From Aulosira sp. ZfuVER01 (lineage in GTDB: Bacteria > Cyanobacteriota > Cyanobacteriia > Cyanobacteriales > Nostocaceae): a stretch of DNA of 64,000 nucleotides. The stretch is from the NCBI GenBank assembly GCA_034530615.2, contig JAVRCV020000015.1, positions 96,001 through 160,000 on the forward strand, written 5' to 3'. The notes beneath the pieces are model-generated. The model ran no database searches. It had not been told where the DNA came from and saw nothing but the letters and a program-made list of their open reading frames with translations. The number at the start of each line of letters is the position of its first letter. The first letter of the stretch is position 1. Positions 1-9,793 of this stretch are shown piece after piece. Position numbers and translations under genes: made by a program.

Positions 1-79
1 GAATTTTGGAGTATTTTTGGCTCGTGCAATTCGATTCGCTTAGTATATAATGATGGATTGTGTCGATCAAAGCCAAACC

Positions 80-277
80 ATGCCTAAACTCAAGACTCGT
101 AAAGCAGCGGCGAAGCGATTCCGTGCCACCGGCACAGGTAAAATTGTGCGTCGTAAAGCTTTTAAAAACCACCTTCTAGAGCACAAAACTTCTAACAAGA
201 AGCGCAACCTGTCCAAGTCTACACTTGTACACGAACGCGATGAAGATAATGTGCGTTTGATGCTCCCCTATTTGTAA
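80..277 (+). CDS. rpmI: 50S ribosomal protein L35
   Basis: [21 protein letters not shown]; start trimmed to ATG at 80; precedes rplT. Confidence 0.97.
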   Translation: MPKLKTRKAAAKRFRATGTGKIVRRKAFKNHLLEHKTSNKKRNLSKSTLVHERDEDNVRLMLPYL

Positions 278-298
278 GTCCTTCAGGAAAATTAAGTT

Positions 299-655
299 AT
301 GACACGGGTAAAACGCGGTAACGTAGCTCGTAACCGCCGCAATAAAATTCTCAAACTAGCTAAAGGTTTTCGCGGTTCCCACTCAACTCTGTTTAGAACT
401 GCTAATCAACAAGTAATGAAGGCGCTACGGAGTGCCTACCGCGATCGCAAAAAGAAAAAGCGCGATTTCCGTCGCCTCTGGATCGCCCGCATCAATGCTG
501 CTTCAAGGCAACATGGTTTGAGTTACAGCAAGCTAATCGGCAACCTCAAAAAAGCCAATATCCAACTTAATCGCAAAATGTTGGCACAATTGGCAGTTGT
601 CGATCCAGCTAGCTTTAGCAAAATTGCTGAATTGGCAAGCCAAGCTAGAGGATAA
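299..655 (+). CDS. rplT: 50S ribosomal protein L20
   Basis: [11 protein letters not shown]...[23 protein letters not shown]. Confidence 0.98.
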   Translation: MTRVKRGNVARNRRNKILKLAKGFRGSHSTLFRTANQQVMKALRSAYRDRKKKKRDFRRLWIARINAASRQHGLSYSKLIGNLKKANIQLNRKMLAQLAVVDPASFSKIAELASQARG

Positions 656-667
656 AGGTGCTAACGG

Positions 668-1483
668 ATGAATAACGGATGTAACAGATGGCAAGCAATT
701 AATCAGTTACATCTGATATTATCCGCTACCATATTATTGATTTTTTGCTTTTGCTTTCTGGGGATAGGTTCGATTGCATCTGCTGCCGAAATGCCAGAAA
801 TTCAGCAGCGAGGCTATTTAACTATTGCTGTCAAAGATAACTCGCGTCCCTTAGGATTTAGAGATGCTAAGGGGAATTTGCAAGGTTTAGAAATTGACTT
901 AGCACAGCGTTTGGCAGTTGATTTATTAGGTAAACCAAATGCTGTCAAGTTGCAACCTGTAGCAAATCGCGATCGCTTATCTGTAGTCTTAAACAATAAA
1001 GTTGATTTTGCCATTGCGAGGGTAACAGCAACAGAATCGCGCTCTCGCTTGGTTAGTCTCAGTGTTCCTTACTACTATGATGGCAGTTATTTAGTTGTAA
1101 AAGATACTGCCATCCAGCAGATAAATGATTTAGCAAAACGCAAAATCGCTGTACTCAAAAACTCCAGTACAATTGGTGATGTCAGGTACTATGTGCCCAA
1201 TGCCGAGTTAGTAGGAGTGAGTTCCTATGAGGAAGCGCGATCGCAAATGGAAAGTGGGAAAGTGCAAGCTTTTGGTGCAGATGCTAGCGTTCTCAGTGGT
1301 TGGGTGCAACAATATCCCCAATATCGGCTACTACCAAACAAACTATCTACAGCACCTTTATCTGTAGTCATGCCCAAGGGATTGCAGTACGATGATTTAA
1401 GACGACAGGTAAATGAAGCGATCGCACGTTATCTAGCTGAAGGTTGGCTGAAGCAACGCGCTCAATATTGGGGTTTGCCATAG
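668..1483 (+). CDS. Amino-acid ABC transporter substrate-binding protein (SBP family 3)
   Basis: Signal peptide, IQQRGYLTIAV, GLEIDLA motifs; start uncertain. Confidence 0.85.
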   Translation: MNNGCNRWQAINQLHLILSATILLIFCFCFLGIGSIASAAEMPEIQQRGYLTIAVKDNSRPLGFRDAKGNLQGLEIDLAQRLAVDLLGKPNAVKLQPVANRDRLSVVLNNKVDFAIARVTATESRSRLVSLSVPYYYDGSYLVVKDTAIQQINDLAKRKIAVLKNSSTIGDVRYYVPNAELVGVSSYEEARSQMESGKVQAFGADASVLSGWVQQYPQYRLLPNKLSTAPLSVVMPKGLQYDDLRRQVNEAIARYLAEGWLKQRAQYWGLP

Positions 1484-1605
1484 TTGAGTCATTGGTCATT
1501 AGTCATTGGTTAGTAGAACATAAACAATGAACAAAGAACAAATGACAGATGACAAAAAGCTGATAATAAATAAGAAGACTCTTTATAATTTCCTATTTCA
1601 AGACA

Positions 1606-2130
1606 ATGGATAACAGTCTAGCGGTTGTTTATCTCTCGATTTTTGTAGGTATACTCGCATTTGCAGTTGTGAGTATTTTTCGCCAAATTTTCAAAACTCG
1701 TAAAATTGAAAGTTCCTTATCACGATTAAAAAACAAGTTGAGTAAAGATAAGGGTACGACTCAAGAATATTACGAGTTAGCTAGTATTTATTCTCAAAAG
1801 AAAATATATTCTCAAGCGATCGCGCTATTTCAAAAAGCTCTCAAAGCTGCGGAAGAAGAGAAAGAAGAAAACGTTGCTCCCATTTACAATGGACTGGGCT
1901 ATGTTTATTTTGCCCAAGAGCAGTATGATTTAGCAATTCGTCAATACAAAGAAGCCCTGAAAATCAAACCTGACTACGTAACAGCGCTAAATAATCTCGC
2001 TCATGCTTATGAGCGCAAAAAATTAACCGCACAAGCCCTCCAAACTTACGAAGAAGCACTCAAATTTGCTCCTAATAATTCTACTGCTAAACGCCGTTCT
2101 GAATCTTTGCGCCGCTTAGTTTCTGCCTAA
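1606..2130 (+). CDS. ycf37: TPR membrane protein, Ycf37-like photosystem I assembly factor
   Basis: N-terminal TM helix plus three TPR repeats; size fits Ycf37. Confidence 0.65.
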   Translation: MDNSLAVVYLSIFVGILAFAVVSIFRQIFKTRKIESSLSRLKNKLSKDKGTTQEYYELASIYSQKKIYSQAIALFQKALKAAEEEKEENVAPIYNGLGYVYFAQEQYDLAIRQYKEALKIKPDYVTALNNLAHAYERKKLTAQALQTYEEALKFAPNNSTAKRRSESLRRLVSA

Positions 2131-2163
2131 TTAATCAGCCGTGATAGCAGTATTGGAAGCCTC

Positions 2164-2199
2164 AGATTCCCAACTCTTATAGAAGTTGGGAATCTTTTT
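2164..2199 (+). terminator. Inverted repeat followed by T-run
   Basis: agattcccaact (2164-2175) / agttgggaatct (2184-2195) then tttt. Confidence 0.65.
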
Positions 2200-2373
2200 A
2201 TTTACTAATTTTTATACCTGATTTGCATAGATATCGTTGTTTCATTCAAATTGGTGAAAATATCGCAGGATGAGTAGTGCTAATAAAAAATCTAAAATTC
2301 AAATAAATCTATTCGGTTTACCAATACAAGCTGGGAATATAGATAACTATACATTCCTGTAAATATCTAAAGA

Positions 2374-4353
2374 ATGATTAAGCGGGTACGGTTCTTTAGT
2401 TTAGCAATTGCCATTATTATTTTCGTTGTTGGCGCTCTAGGTTCTAGGGAAATGTTATCTGCACAACAGCCTGCAATTTCCCATCCTCTAACTGCGTTAA
2501 CATCAGCAGAAATTAACACAGCGGTTGCAGTTGTGAAGAAAGATAAAAAGCTCACTGATAAGGCTGTGTTTCCCTTAATAACTCTGCAAGAACCAGATAA
2601 AAAAGAAGTTCTAAATTTTACACCAGGGAAAAATTTTCAGCGACAAGCTTTCTTGGTAGTGTATGAGCAATCCCAAAATCAAACCTATGAAGGTATAGTA
2701 GACCTCAAAACAAAAACCCTAAGTTTTTGGAAACAAATACCTAATGTTCAACCGGCAATTATTAATCCAGAATACGATCTAGCAAAGCAGATTGTACAAT
2801 CTGACCCCCAATGGCAAGCAGCAATGCAGAAACGGGGAATTACAGATTTTGATAAAGTCAAAATTAATTGCTGGGCACCAGGGATATTAAGTAATGAGGA
2901 AGCTGCAAAAGGTAAGCGTTTTTGTCGAGCATTATCTTACTATAAAGGCAATAATTGGAACTATTTTGGCAGTCCAATTGAAGGTGTAGTGGCTACAGTT
3001 GATTTAAACACAGGTAAACTCGACAGTTTTGTAGACAACGGGATAGTACCTTTCTCTAAACAGAACTGGAACTATGATTTGCAATCTTTGGGTAAATTAC
3101 TTTCACCGCCCAAATTATTAAAGTTTCTCCAACCTCAAGGCGCTAGTTTCCGAATAAGAGGTAATACGATTAGCTGGCAAGGTTGGAATTTTCGCTATCT
3201 CATGCATCCCCGTAGTGGGTTAGTTCTTTACCAAGTAACTTATGACGATGGAGAAAAAATTCGACCAGTGTTATACCGGGCTAGCCTATCAGAAATGGTA
3301 GTACCTTATGGCGATCCTGACCCGACCTGGGCTTTTAGAAATGCCTTTGATGTGGGCGAATATAACTTTGGCTCCCTAGCAACCTCAATGGAGTTAGGTA
3401 AAGATATTCCTGAAAACGGCTTGTTGTTGAATGCTGTTTTAGCTAATGAACAGGGGGAACCCTACGAAATGCCAAAAGTTATTGGTATTTACGAACGCGA
3501 TAATGGCATACTCTGGAAGCATTACGAATACAACACCCAGAAAAATTATGTTCGTCGCAGTCGAGAACTAGTGATAACTATGACGGCGGCGATTGATAAT
3601 TATGATTACAGCCTGAATTGGATTTTTCACCAAGATGGCAGTTTAGAAATTCAGAACGACTTAACAGGAATTATTTTAGTACAGGGAACAGCAGCGGAAA
3701 AACAGTCTGAGGATAATTCCTATGGTCGGCTAATAGCAAAGAACATCTTCGGTGTAAATCATCAACACTTCTTCAACTATCGCTTAGATATGGATGTAGA
3801 CGGTCAGGCTAATTCTGTGATGGAAATGAATGTTCAAGCCTTACCGATAGATAATAAAAATTCTCTAGGAAATGCGATCGCAGTTACAGATACTCCATTA
3901 ACAACAGAAACCGCTGCTGTCCGCGATTTAGATATGAAACACAGTCGCGAATGGATGATTGTTAACGCAAATCGCCAAAATACTCTAGGAACTGCTCCAG
4001 GTTATATGCTAATGCCAGGAGGTAATACCATATTTTTCCCTGTAGAAGGTGCAAAGATTCGTGAGAAAGCTGGCTTTGCGACTCATCATGTTTGGGTGAC
4101 AAAATATCAGCCAGATGAACTTTACGCTGGCGGAGATTATCCTAACCAAAGTCAACCAGGGCAAGGTTTACCTAAATATATAGCCAACAATGAACCTTTG
4201 ACGGGTGAAGATATCGTACTGTGGTACACAATGGGCGTTACTCATGTTCCCCGACCAGAAGATTGGCCTGTGATGCCAACGCACCGAGTAGGATTTAAGT
4301 TAGTTCCCAGAGGATTCTTTAACCGCAATCCTACAATCAATTTACCTGAGTAA
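2374..4353 (+). CDS. tynA: Copper-containing primary amine oxidase (TPQ), exported
   Basis: DNYDY topaquinone motif, NHQH and THVPRPEDWPVMP copper-ligand motifs, signal peptide. Confidence 0.9.
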   Translation: MIKRVRFFSLAIAIIIFVVGALGSREMLSAQQPAISHPLTALTSAEINTAVAVVKKDKKLTDKAVFPLITLQEPDKKEVLNFTPGKNFQRQAFLVVYEQSQNQTYEGIVDLKTKTLSFWKQIPNVQPAIINPEYDLAKQIVQSDPQWQAAMQKRGITDFDKVKINCWAPGILSNEEAAKGKRFCRALSYYKGNNWNYFGSPIEGVVATVDLNTGKLDSFVDNGIVPFSKQNWNYDLQSLGKLLSPPKLLKFLQPQGASFRIRGNTISWQGWNFRYLMHPRSGLVLYQVTYDDGEKIRPVLYRASLSEMVVPYGDPDPTWAFRNAFDVGEYNFGSLATSMELGKDIPENGLLLNAVLANEQGEPYEMPKVIGIYERDNGILWKHYEYNTQKNYVRRSRELVITMTAAIDNYDYSLNWIFHQDGSLEIQNDLTGIILVQGTAAEKQSEDNSYGRLIAKNIFGVNHQHFFNYRLDMDVDGQANSVMEMNVQALPIDNKNSLGNAIAVTDTPLTTETAAVRDLDMKHSREWMIVNANRQNTLGTAPGYMLMPGGNTIFFPVEGAKIREKAGFATHHVWVTKYQPDELYAGGDYPNQSQPGQGLPKYIANNEPLTGEDIVLWYTMGVTHVPRPEDWPVMPTHRVGFKLVPRGFFNRNPTINLPE

Positions 4354-4395
4354 ATAACTGTGAACAACCCCAGGAAAACTTAAATACTTTTTACT

Positions 4396-4420
4396 CGTTA
4401 CCAGGCTCACCCTGGTAACG
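4396..4420. repeat. Short palindromic dispersed repeat
   Basis: cgttaccagg-ctcac-cctggtaacg, perfect 10-bp arms. Confidence 0.6.
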
Positions 4421-4428
4421 CATTTCGC

Positions 4429-4664
4429 AAGAGGATATTGCTATAGTAGCATACGAAATTCATTTTCTATATTGTTCTTGCTAACTAGATAGTTAAGTGT
4501 ATTTAAATGAATTTCTATATCCTTAAATTTATTTAAAGTTTTTTGCAAATAAACAAAATAATCCCAGACCCTTATAGAGTCTGTTAATGTATTTTGAGAA
4601 TATTGGAAATATCATCTTCATTTGAACAATTTAAATATGTCTAACAAAGGAAATTAAATTTCAT
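4429..4664 (-). pseudogene. Truncated DpnII/MboI-family restriction endonuclease remnant
   Basis: Manual translation TLTDSIRVWDYFVYLQKTLNKFKDIEIHLNTLNYLVSKNNIENEFRMLL*QYP resembles DpnII-family N-termini; two in-frame stops and a frameshift; lies right after the methylase. Confidence 0.7.
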
Positions 4665-4683
4665 ATCCAGTTTGGATTGCTAC

Positions 4684-5625
4684 CTAGTAGTTCATAATCA
4701 ATAACTCATTTATTAACTGTCTTTTTAATACATTACTGTTTATATTCCTTGTCGCTCTTACCCTTTCTATGTGATACCCAGCATAAGCTTCTTCAAAAAA
4801 ATTATCGTTGATATTTTCATTTTTAGGATCGGAATTACTTAGCATGAGTAATGCGCCCTTATTGTCTAGTTCTTTAAAAAAGTCTCGCAACCTCAATTGC
4901 TCGAAATCATTAAATGATTGCTTTGAATAGGATGTAAAGTTAGATGTTTTACTAATTGGTCTATAGGGTGGATCAAAGTAAACAAATGTTTGATTATCTA
5001 CAAAATTTTCACACTTAGTAAAATCTCCATGATTAATTTGAGTTTTTTGGAGAATTTTAGCCACTGCTATCAAGTTTTCTGGATCGCAAATACATGGTTT
5101 TTTATATTTACCTACTGGAACATTAAAATCACCTTTAGAATTAAATCTGAAAAGTCCATTAAAACAAGTTTTGTTCAAAAAAATAATTTGTGCAGTTCTT
5201 TCTACCCATTCAAAATTATATTTGTTCAAATAGATGTAGTTTTTTCTTGAATTAAAATGTGTCCTCATTTGATAAAAATATTTGCTTCTTTCGCTTTCAT
5301 CAAAAGACAAATATTTCATTTCAATTTTAGATAAAAGTTTAATTACATCTTCGACATTTTGTTTAATTGTCTTATAAGCTATAACTAATTCTACGTTTAT
5401 ATCAGAAATAAATAATTCTTGAATAGAATCATATTTATGCGCTATGTAGAAGAATAATGCACCACCTCCTATAAAAGGTTCTATGTACCTTTTTATTGAG
5501 ATTGAGCCTTTCAACAATTCATGGGGGAGAAAATTATTTATTTGCTCGATTAACTGACTTTTTCCACCAGCCCATTTCAAAAAAGGCTTTGGGATTGTTG
5601 AAAGCGTTGGGACATTTAGATGCAT
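4684..5625 (-). CDS. Dam/DpnM-family DNA adenine methyltransferase
   Basis: KPFLKWAGGK, EPFIGGGA, FNGLFRFN, YFDPPY motifs. Confidence 0.93.
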   Translation of the reverse strand: MHLNVPTLSTIPKPFLKWAGGKSQLIEQINNFLPHELLKGSISIKRYIEPFIGGGALFFYIAHKYDSIQELFISDINVELVIAYKTIKQNVEDVIKLLSKIEMKYLSFDESERSKYFYQMRTHFNSRKNYIYLNKYNFEWVERTAQIIFLNKTCFNGLFRFNSKGDFNVPVGKYKKPCICDPENLIAVAKILQKTQINHGDFTKCENFVDNQTFVYFDPPYRPISKTSNFTSYSKQSFNDFEQLRLRDFFKELDNKGALLMLSNSDPKNENINDNFFEEAYAGYHIERVRATRNINSNVLKRQLINELLIMNY

Positions 5626-5808
5626 TGGCTTAACCTAGATATACCAGATCCCTTCAATATAGTTCATGTGTACCAAAAGTTTGTTTAAGATAGCACAAAT
5701 AATGATAGAAGCACAATTAAATATATGTGCCAACCCCACAACATCGGTACTCGCCCCTACACCAACTTTGAGTGCGATCGCATGAGATAAAGAAGCGATC
5801 GCTTAATA

Positions 5809-5932
5809 TTACTCACTAGGTAGATTATCAGGGTTAATGCCGAGGGAGCGTAGGTACTGCGCTAATTGTTCAGCGCGTTCTCGTTCTTGCTGTGCTTGTT
5901 CTTCTGGGGTCAAATAGCGATCGCCTTTTTCG
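5809..5932 (-). pseudogene. C-terminal remnant of a Uma2 (DUF820) gene
   Basis: Reads EKGDRYLTPEEQAQQERERAEQLAQYLRSLGINPDNLPSE*, like the C-terminus of the ORF at 25156-25833; no 5' part. Confidence 0.75.
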
Positions 5933-6200
5933 TGATTTCCAGATCCCAACTTCTTTGAGGAAACTTTACTGAAAATAAAGATTTATGTCACTTAAACAAC
6001 ACAATGTTGTTTAAATTAAGAGCTACATCCCAAGTAGCCAACAGGTTTGAGCGATCGCATCCGACTTGAAACTTAATATTTTCCCCATTTTATAAGGGCT
6101 ACAAGTTTTGAGACAATCAGACAACGATGAGAAATTCCGCAATCATAGTCCACCTATTATCGGACTCCGTATTGTTTCAGTTTAAAAGGGAGAACACCTG

Positions 6201-7727
6201 ATGAAATTGGCTTACTGGATGTATGCAGGGCCAGCCCACATAGGTACACTGCGAATCGCCAGTTCTTTTAAGAATGTCCATGCCATCATGCACGCCCCTC
6301 TCGGCGATGACTATTTTAATGTCATGCGCTCCATGCTATCGCGGGAGAGGGACTTTACCCCAGTGACAACCAGTGTTGTTGACCGTAACGTTTTGGCACG
6401 CGGTTCTCAGGAGAAGGTGGTAGATAACATTACCCGCAAAGATGCTGAAGAACACCCAGATTTGATTGTGTTAACTCCCACCTGTACTTCTAGTATTCTG
6501 CAAGAAGACTTGCACAACTTTGTAGAACGGGCACAACTGGAAGCGAAAGGAGATGTCATTCTAGCGGATGTCAATCACTACCGCTACAACGAACTACAAG
6601 CAGCCGATCGCACTTTGCAACAAATAGTGCAATATTACATTGATAAAGCCCGCAAAAAAGGCGAACTACCAGAAGGCAAAACTGCAAAACCCTCTGTCAA
6701 CATCATTGGTATTTCTACCCTTGGTTTCCATCATCAGCATGACTGCACCGAACTGAAAAAGCTGATGGGTGATTTGGGAATCGAAGTAAACACCGTGATT
6801 CCTGAAGGCGCTTCTGTCAACGAATTGAAGAAGATGCCGCAAGCTTGGTTTAACCTAGTACCTTACCGCGAACTCGGTTTAACAACAGCTCGTTACTTAG
6901 AAGAACAATTCGGCACTCCCTACGTAGACATTACCCCAATGGGTGTTGTAGAGACTGCTCGCTGTATCCGCAAGATTCAGCAGGTAATTAACGCCCAAGG
7001 TGCTGAGGTTGAATACGAAGACTTCATCAACGAACAAACCTTGTATGTATCTCAAGCTGCTTGGTTCTCGCGCTCCATCGACTGTCAAAACTTAACTGGT
7101 AAAAAAGCTGTGGTGTTTGGTGACAACACCCACGCCGCTGCACTTACCAAAATTCTGTCACGGGAGATGGGGATTCACGTTGTTTGGGCTGGAACTTATT
7201 GCAAATATGATGCAGACTGGTTCCGCGAACAAGTGAGTGAGTATTGCGATGAAGTATTAATTACCGACGATCATGGTGCAATTGGGGATGCGATCGCCCG
7301 CGTCGAACCTTCCGCCATCTTCGGTACGCAAATGGAACGCCACGTTGGTAAGCGGTTGGATATTCCCTGCGGTGTCATAGCTGCACCCATCCACGTGCAA
7401 AACTTCCCCATCGGTTACAAGCCATTCTTGGGCTACGAAGGTACAAATCAGATTACAGATTTAATCTACAATTCTTTCACTTTAGGAATGGAAGATCACC
7501 TTTTAGAAATATTTGGTGGACACGATACCAAGGAAGTAATTACCAAAGGAATTTCTGCCGAATCTGATTTGAATTGGACAAAAGATGGTTTAGCAGAATT
7601 GAACAAAATTCCCGGATTTGTGCGCGGTAAAGTCAAGCGCAACACTGAGAAATTTGCACGCGATCGCGGCATCAAAGATATCAACTCTGAAGTGTTGTAT
7701 GCTGCTAAAGAAGCTGTTGGCGCTTAG
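6201..7727 (+). CDS. chlB: Dark-operative protochlorophyllide reductase subunit B
   Basis: [18 protein letters not shown]...HAPLGDDY; C-terminal PCP_red domain. Confidence 0.98.
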   Translation: MKLAYWMYAGPAHIGTLRIASSFKNVHAIMHAPLGDDYFNVMRSMLSRERDFTPVTTSVVDRNVLARGSQEKVVDNITRKDAEEHPDLIVLTPTCTSSILQEDLHNFVERAQLEAKGDVILADVNHYRYNELQAADRTLQQIVQYYIDKARKKGELPEGKTAKPSVNIIGISTLGFHHQHDCTELKKLMGDLGIEVNTVIPEGASVNELKKMPQAWFNLVPYRELGLTTARYLEEQFGTPYVDITPMGVVETARCIRKIQQVINAQGAEVEYEDFINEQTLYVSQAAWFSRSIDCQNLTGKKAVVFGDNTHAAALTKILSREMGIHVVWAGTYCKYDADWFREQVSEYCDEVLITDDHGAIGDAIARVEPSAIFGTQMERHVGKRLDIPCGVIAAPIHVQNFPIGYKPFLGYEGTNQITDLIYNSFTLGMEDHLLEIFGGHDTKEVITKGISAESDLNWTKDGLAELNKIPGFVRGKVKRNTEKFARDRGIKDINSEVLYAAKEAVGA

Positions 7728-7932
7728 TTTCGCAAGTTAATCGAGAAGATTCAGGAGTGAGGAGTCATATATACTCTTTACCCTGATTTTTTGTATCCCC
7801 AGAATAGAAGGATTTTAGGGGGAGTATTACTGTGGCTTTAAGAAATGCAAAAATCGAGAGTAAAATTCAATATTCTGTTACTTGTGTAGTTAAAAGTAAG
7901 ATATAGTAAGACCTTCAATAAGGGAGGGTAAG

Positions 7933-8169
7933 ATGACTTCGCAAGTTGTAGATACCACCTCAAAATTAATTACTAAGCTGAAAAATCTAGCACCCGAACA
8001 GCAACAGCAGGTGCTAGATTTTGTTGAATTTCTAGCACAAAAATATCCTCAACCCCAAGCACCACCTGATAAACGGGTATTAGGTTTAAACCAAGGTGAG
8101 ATTTGGATGAGTGATGATTTTAATGACCCCTTACCAGATGAATTTTGGTTAGGTGAAGGCGAGGGATGA
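7933..8169 (+). CDS. Antitoxin (DUF2281/VapB-like)
   Basis: QQVLDFVEFL and IWMSDDFNDPLP; overlaps the PIN toxin start. Confidence 0.8.
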   Translation: MTSQVVDTTSKLITKLKNLAPEQQQQVLDFVEFLAQKYPQPQAPPDKRVLGLNQGEIWMSDDFNDPLPDEFWLGEGEG

Positions 8170-8555
8170 AACTATTATTAGACACTCATGTACTGATTTG
8201 GTCAGCAGGAAATCCAGAAAAACTATCCCAGAGAGTTAGAAACCTATTAATTGATACTAACAACCTTTGGGTAGTTAGCATCGCTAGTGTGTGGGAATTA
8301 CAAATTAAATCTCAGCTTGGCAAGCTAAATTTAAGCTCACAGCTTCCTAATTTTATAGAAACTCAACAGAGAGTAAATAATCTACAGATACTATCGATTG
8401 AATTGTCTCATATTTATGCGCTAGAAAATTTACCAAAGCACCACCGCGATCCTTTTGACCGAATTTTAATTGCTCAGGCAACTATTGAAAAAATGCCTTT
8501 GTTAAGTATAGATGTAATCTTTGATTCGTATCCAGTTCAAAGGATATGGGAGTAA
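8166..8555 (+). CDS. vapC: PIN-domain VapC toxin
   Basis: LLLDTHVLIW, HRDPFDRILIAQA. Confidence 0.9.
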   Translation: MKLLLDTHVLIWSAGNPEKLSQRVRNLLIDTNNLWVVSIASVWELQIKSQLGKLNLSSQLPNFIETQQRVNNLQILSIELSHIYALENLPKHHRDPFDRILIAQATIEKMPLLSIDVIFDSYPVQRIWE

Positions 8556-8775
8556 AAATACAGATTCGATAAATTTAGATTGCGATCGCATTACTAGGAC
8601 TAATACGATTTCACTTGAATAATAATACAGATACGTGGGTAAGGGTTTAGCAATGAATGCTAAATTTAAATCCTCACAATTTCCTCACATTTAGTTGCTA
8701 AAAATACATTAGTAGTAAAACAAAGACAAAATCACCCCGACCATTGTGCCGGGTTTTCTTGATTGTAGGTATTTT

Positions 8776-9033
8776 ATGACACAATCTCATTGGCAAGATA
8801 AAGACAGATTTCTTTACTCTCGCAGTCGTTACTACGGTCAATTCAACCCAGAGCATTTTGTGTTTAATGCTAATCTTCAAGAATTTTCCCAAAGAGTAGG
8901 CTATATCACTGCATTAGAAACATCTGGTAAACTTTCTCCCGAACAAGCTTATAAGCAAATAAAAGCGCTCTGGAAACAGTTGAAGCACAGCAAACAGGAA
9001 CTCAAGATTGGTGATAATCCGCCACAAATTTAG
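8776..9033 (+). CDS. Conserved small cyanobacterial protein
   Basis: FLYSRSRYYG...FNANLQEFSQRV...LETSGKLSPEQAY; start trimmed to ATG 8776. Confidence 0.75.
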   Translation: MTQSHWQDKDRFLYSRSRYYGQFNPEHFVFNANLQEFSQRVGYITALETSGKLSPEQAYKQIKALWKQLKHSKQELKIGDNPPQI

Positions 9034-9099
9034 TTAATTGCAATTAGCATTACTGAAGATTTTCGGGCAAAATCCCCAATAGCTGTATATTTTCTGTTA

Positions 9100-9681
9100 T
9101 TAGTTCAAAATCTGTGCTAGGTCTAATACAAATCCTGGTAAAACATCCTCTCCTGACAAGCTAGTAGGGGATTGTAAAACCTCAACTTCCCGTCCTAAAC
9201 GATAAATTTCTACCCGTTGATTTTGCGGGTCAATTAGCCAACCTAAACGCACGCCATTATCAATATACTCTTGCATTTTGCGTTGCAGTATCTCTAGGCT
9301 GTCTGTAGCCGAACGTAATTCTGCTACAAAATCCGGAGCCATAGGTAAAAATTTAGCTGGGTCTGGGTTCAAGGCCATTAATCGTTCTCGGTTTACCCAA
9401 GATGCGTTAGGTGAACGATTCGCACCATTAGGGAGTTTGAAACCTGTGGAAGAGTCAAAAGTTAGCCCTGTACCATCAGCATCAGCCCAATTACCTAAGC
9501 GCTGCGTCAGTCGGCTATTGCGATTTCCGCTTTCCCATCCTGTTGGTGGCATAATAATTAGTTCTCCCTCCGCCGTCAACTCAAGACGCAAATCTCGATT
9601 ATTTTGACAAATTTGGAAGAATTGCTCATCTGTTAGCTCAATGGTAGGGTGTAGGTTGAGAATTAGGGCATTCATACTCAT
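9100..9681 (-). CDS. Uma2 (DUF820) family protein
   Basis: ELIIMPPTG, DSSTGFKLPNG, PDFVAELRS, GVRLGWLIDP. Confidence 0.9.
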   Translation of the reverse strand: MSMNALILNLHPTIELTDEQFFQICQNNRDLRLELTAEGELIIMPPTGWESGNRNSRLTQRLGNWADADGTGLTFDSSTGFKLPNGANRSPNASWVNRERLMALNPDPAKFLPMAPDFVAELRSATDSLEILQRKMQEYIDNGVRLGWLIDPQNQRVEIYRLGREVEVLQSPTSLSGEDVLPGFVLDLAQILN

Positions 9682-9793
9682 ACCATTTTGGAGTGACTAA
9701 GCTTTTAGCGATCGATCTGTCGCAATCATTTTTCAAATTGGTATTAGAATCCCAATCTTGCTAAGTGTAGCCTAGCATTACATCTACAGTTAA

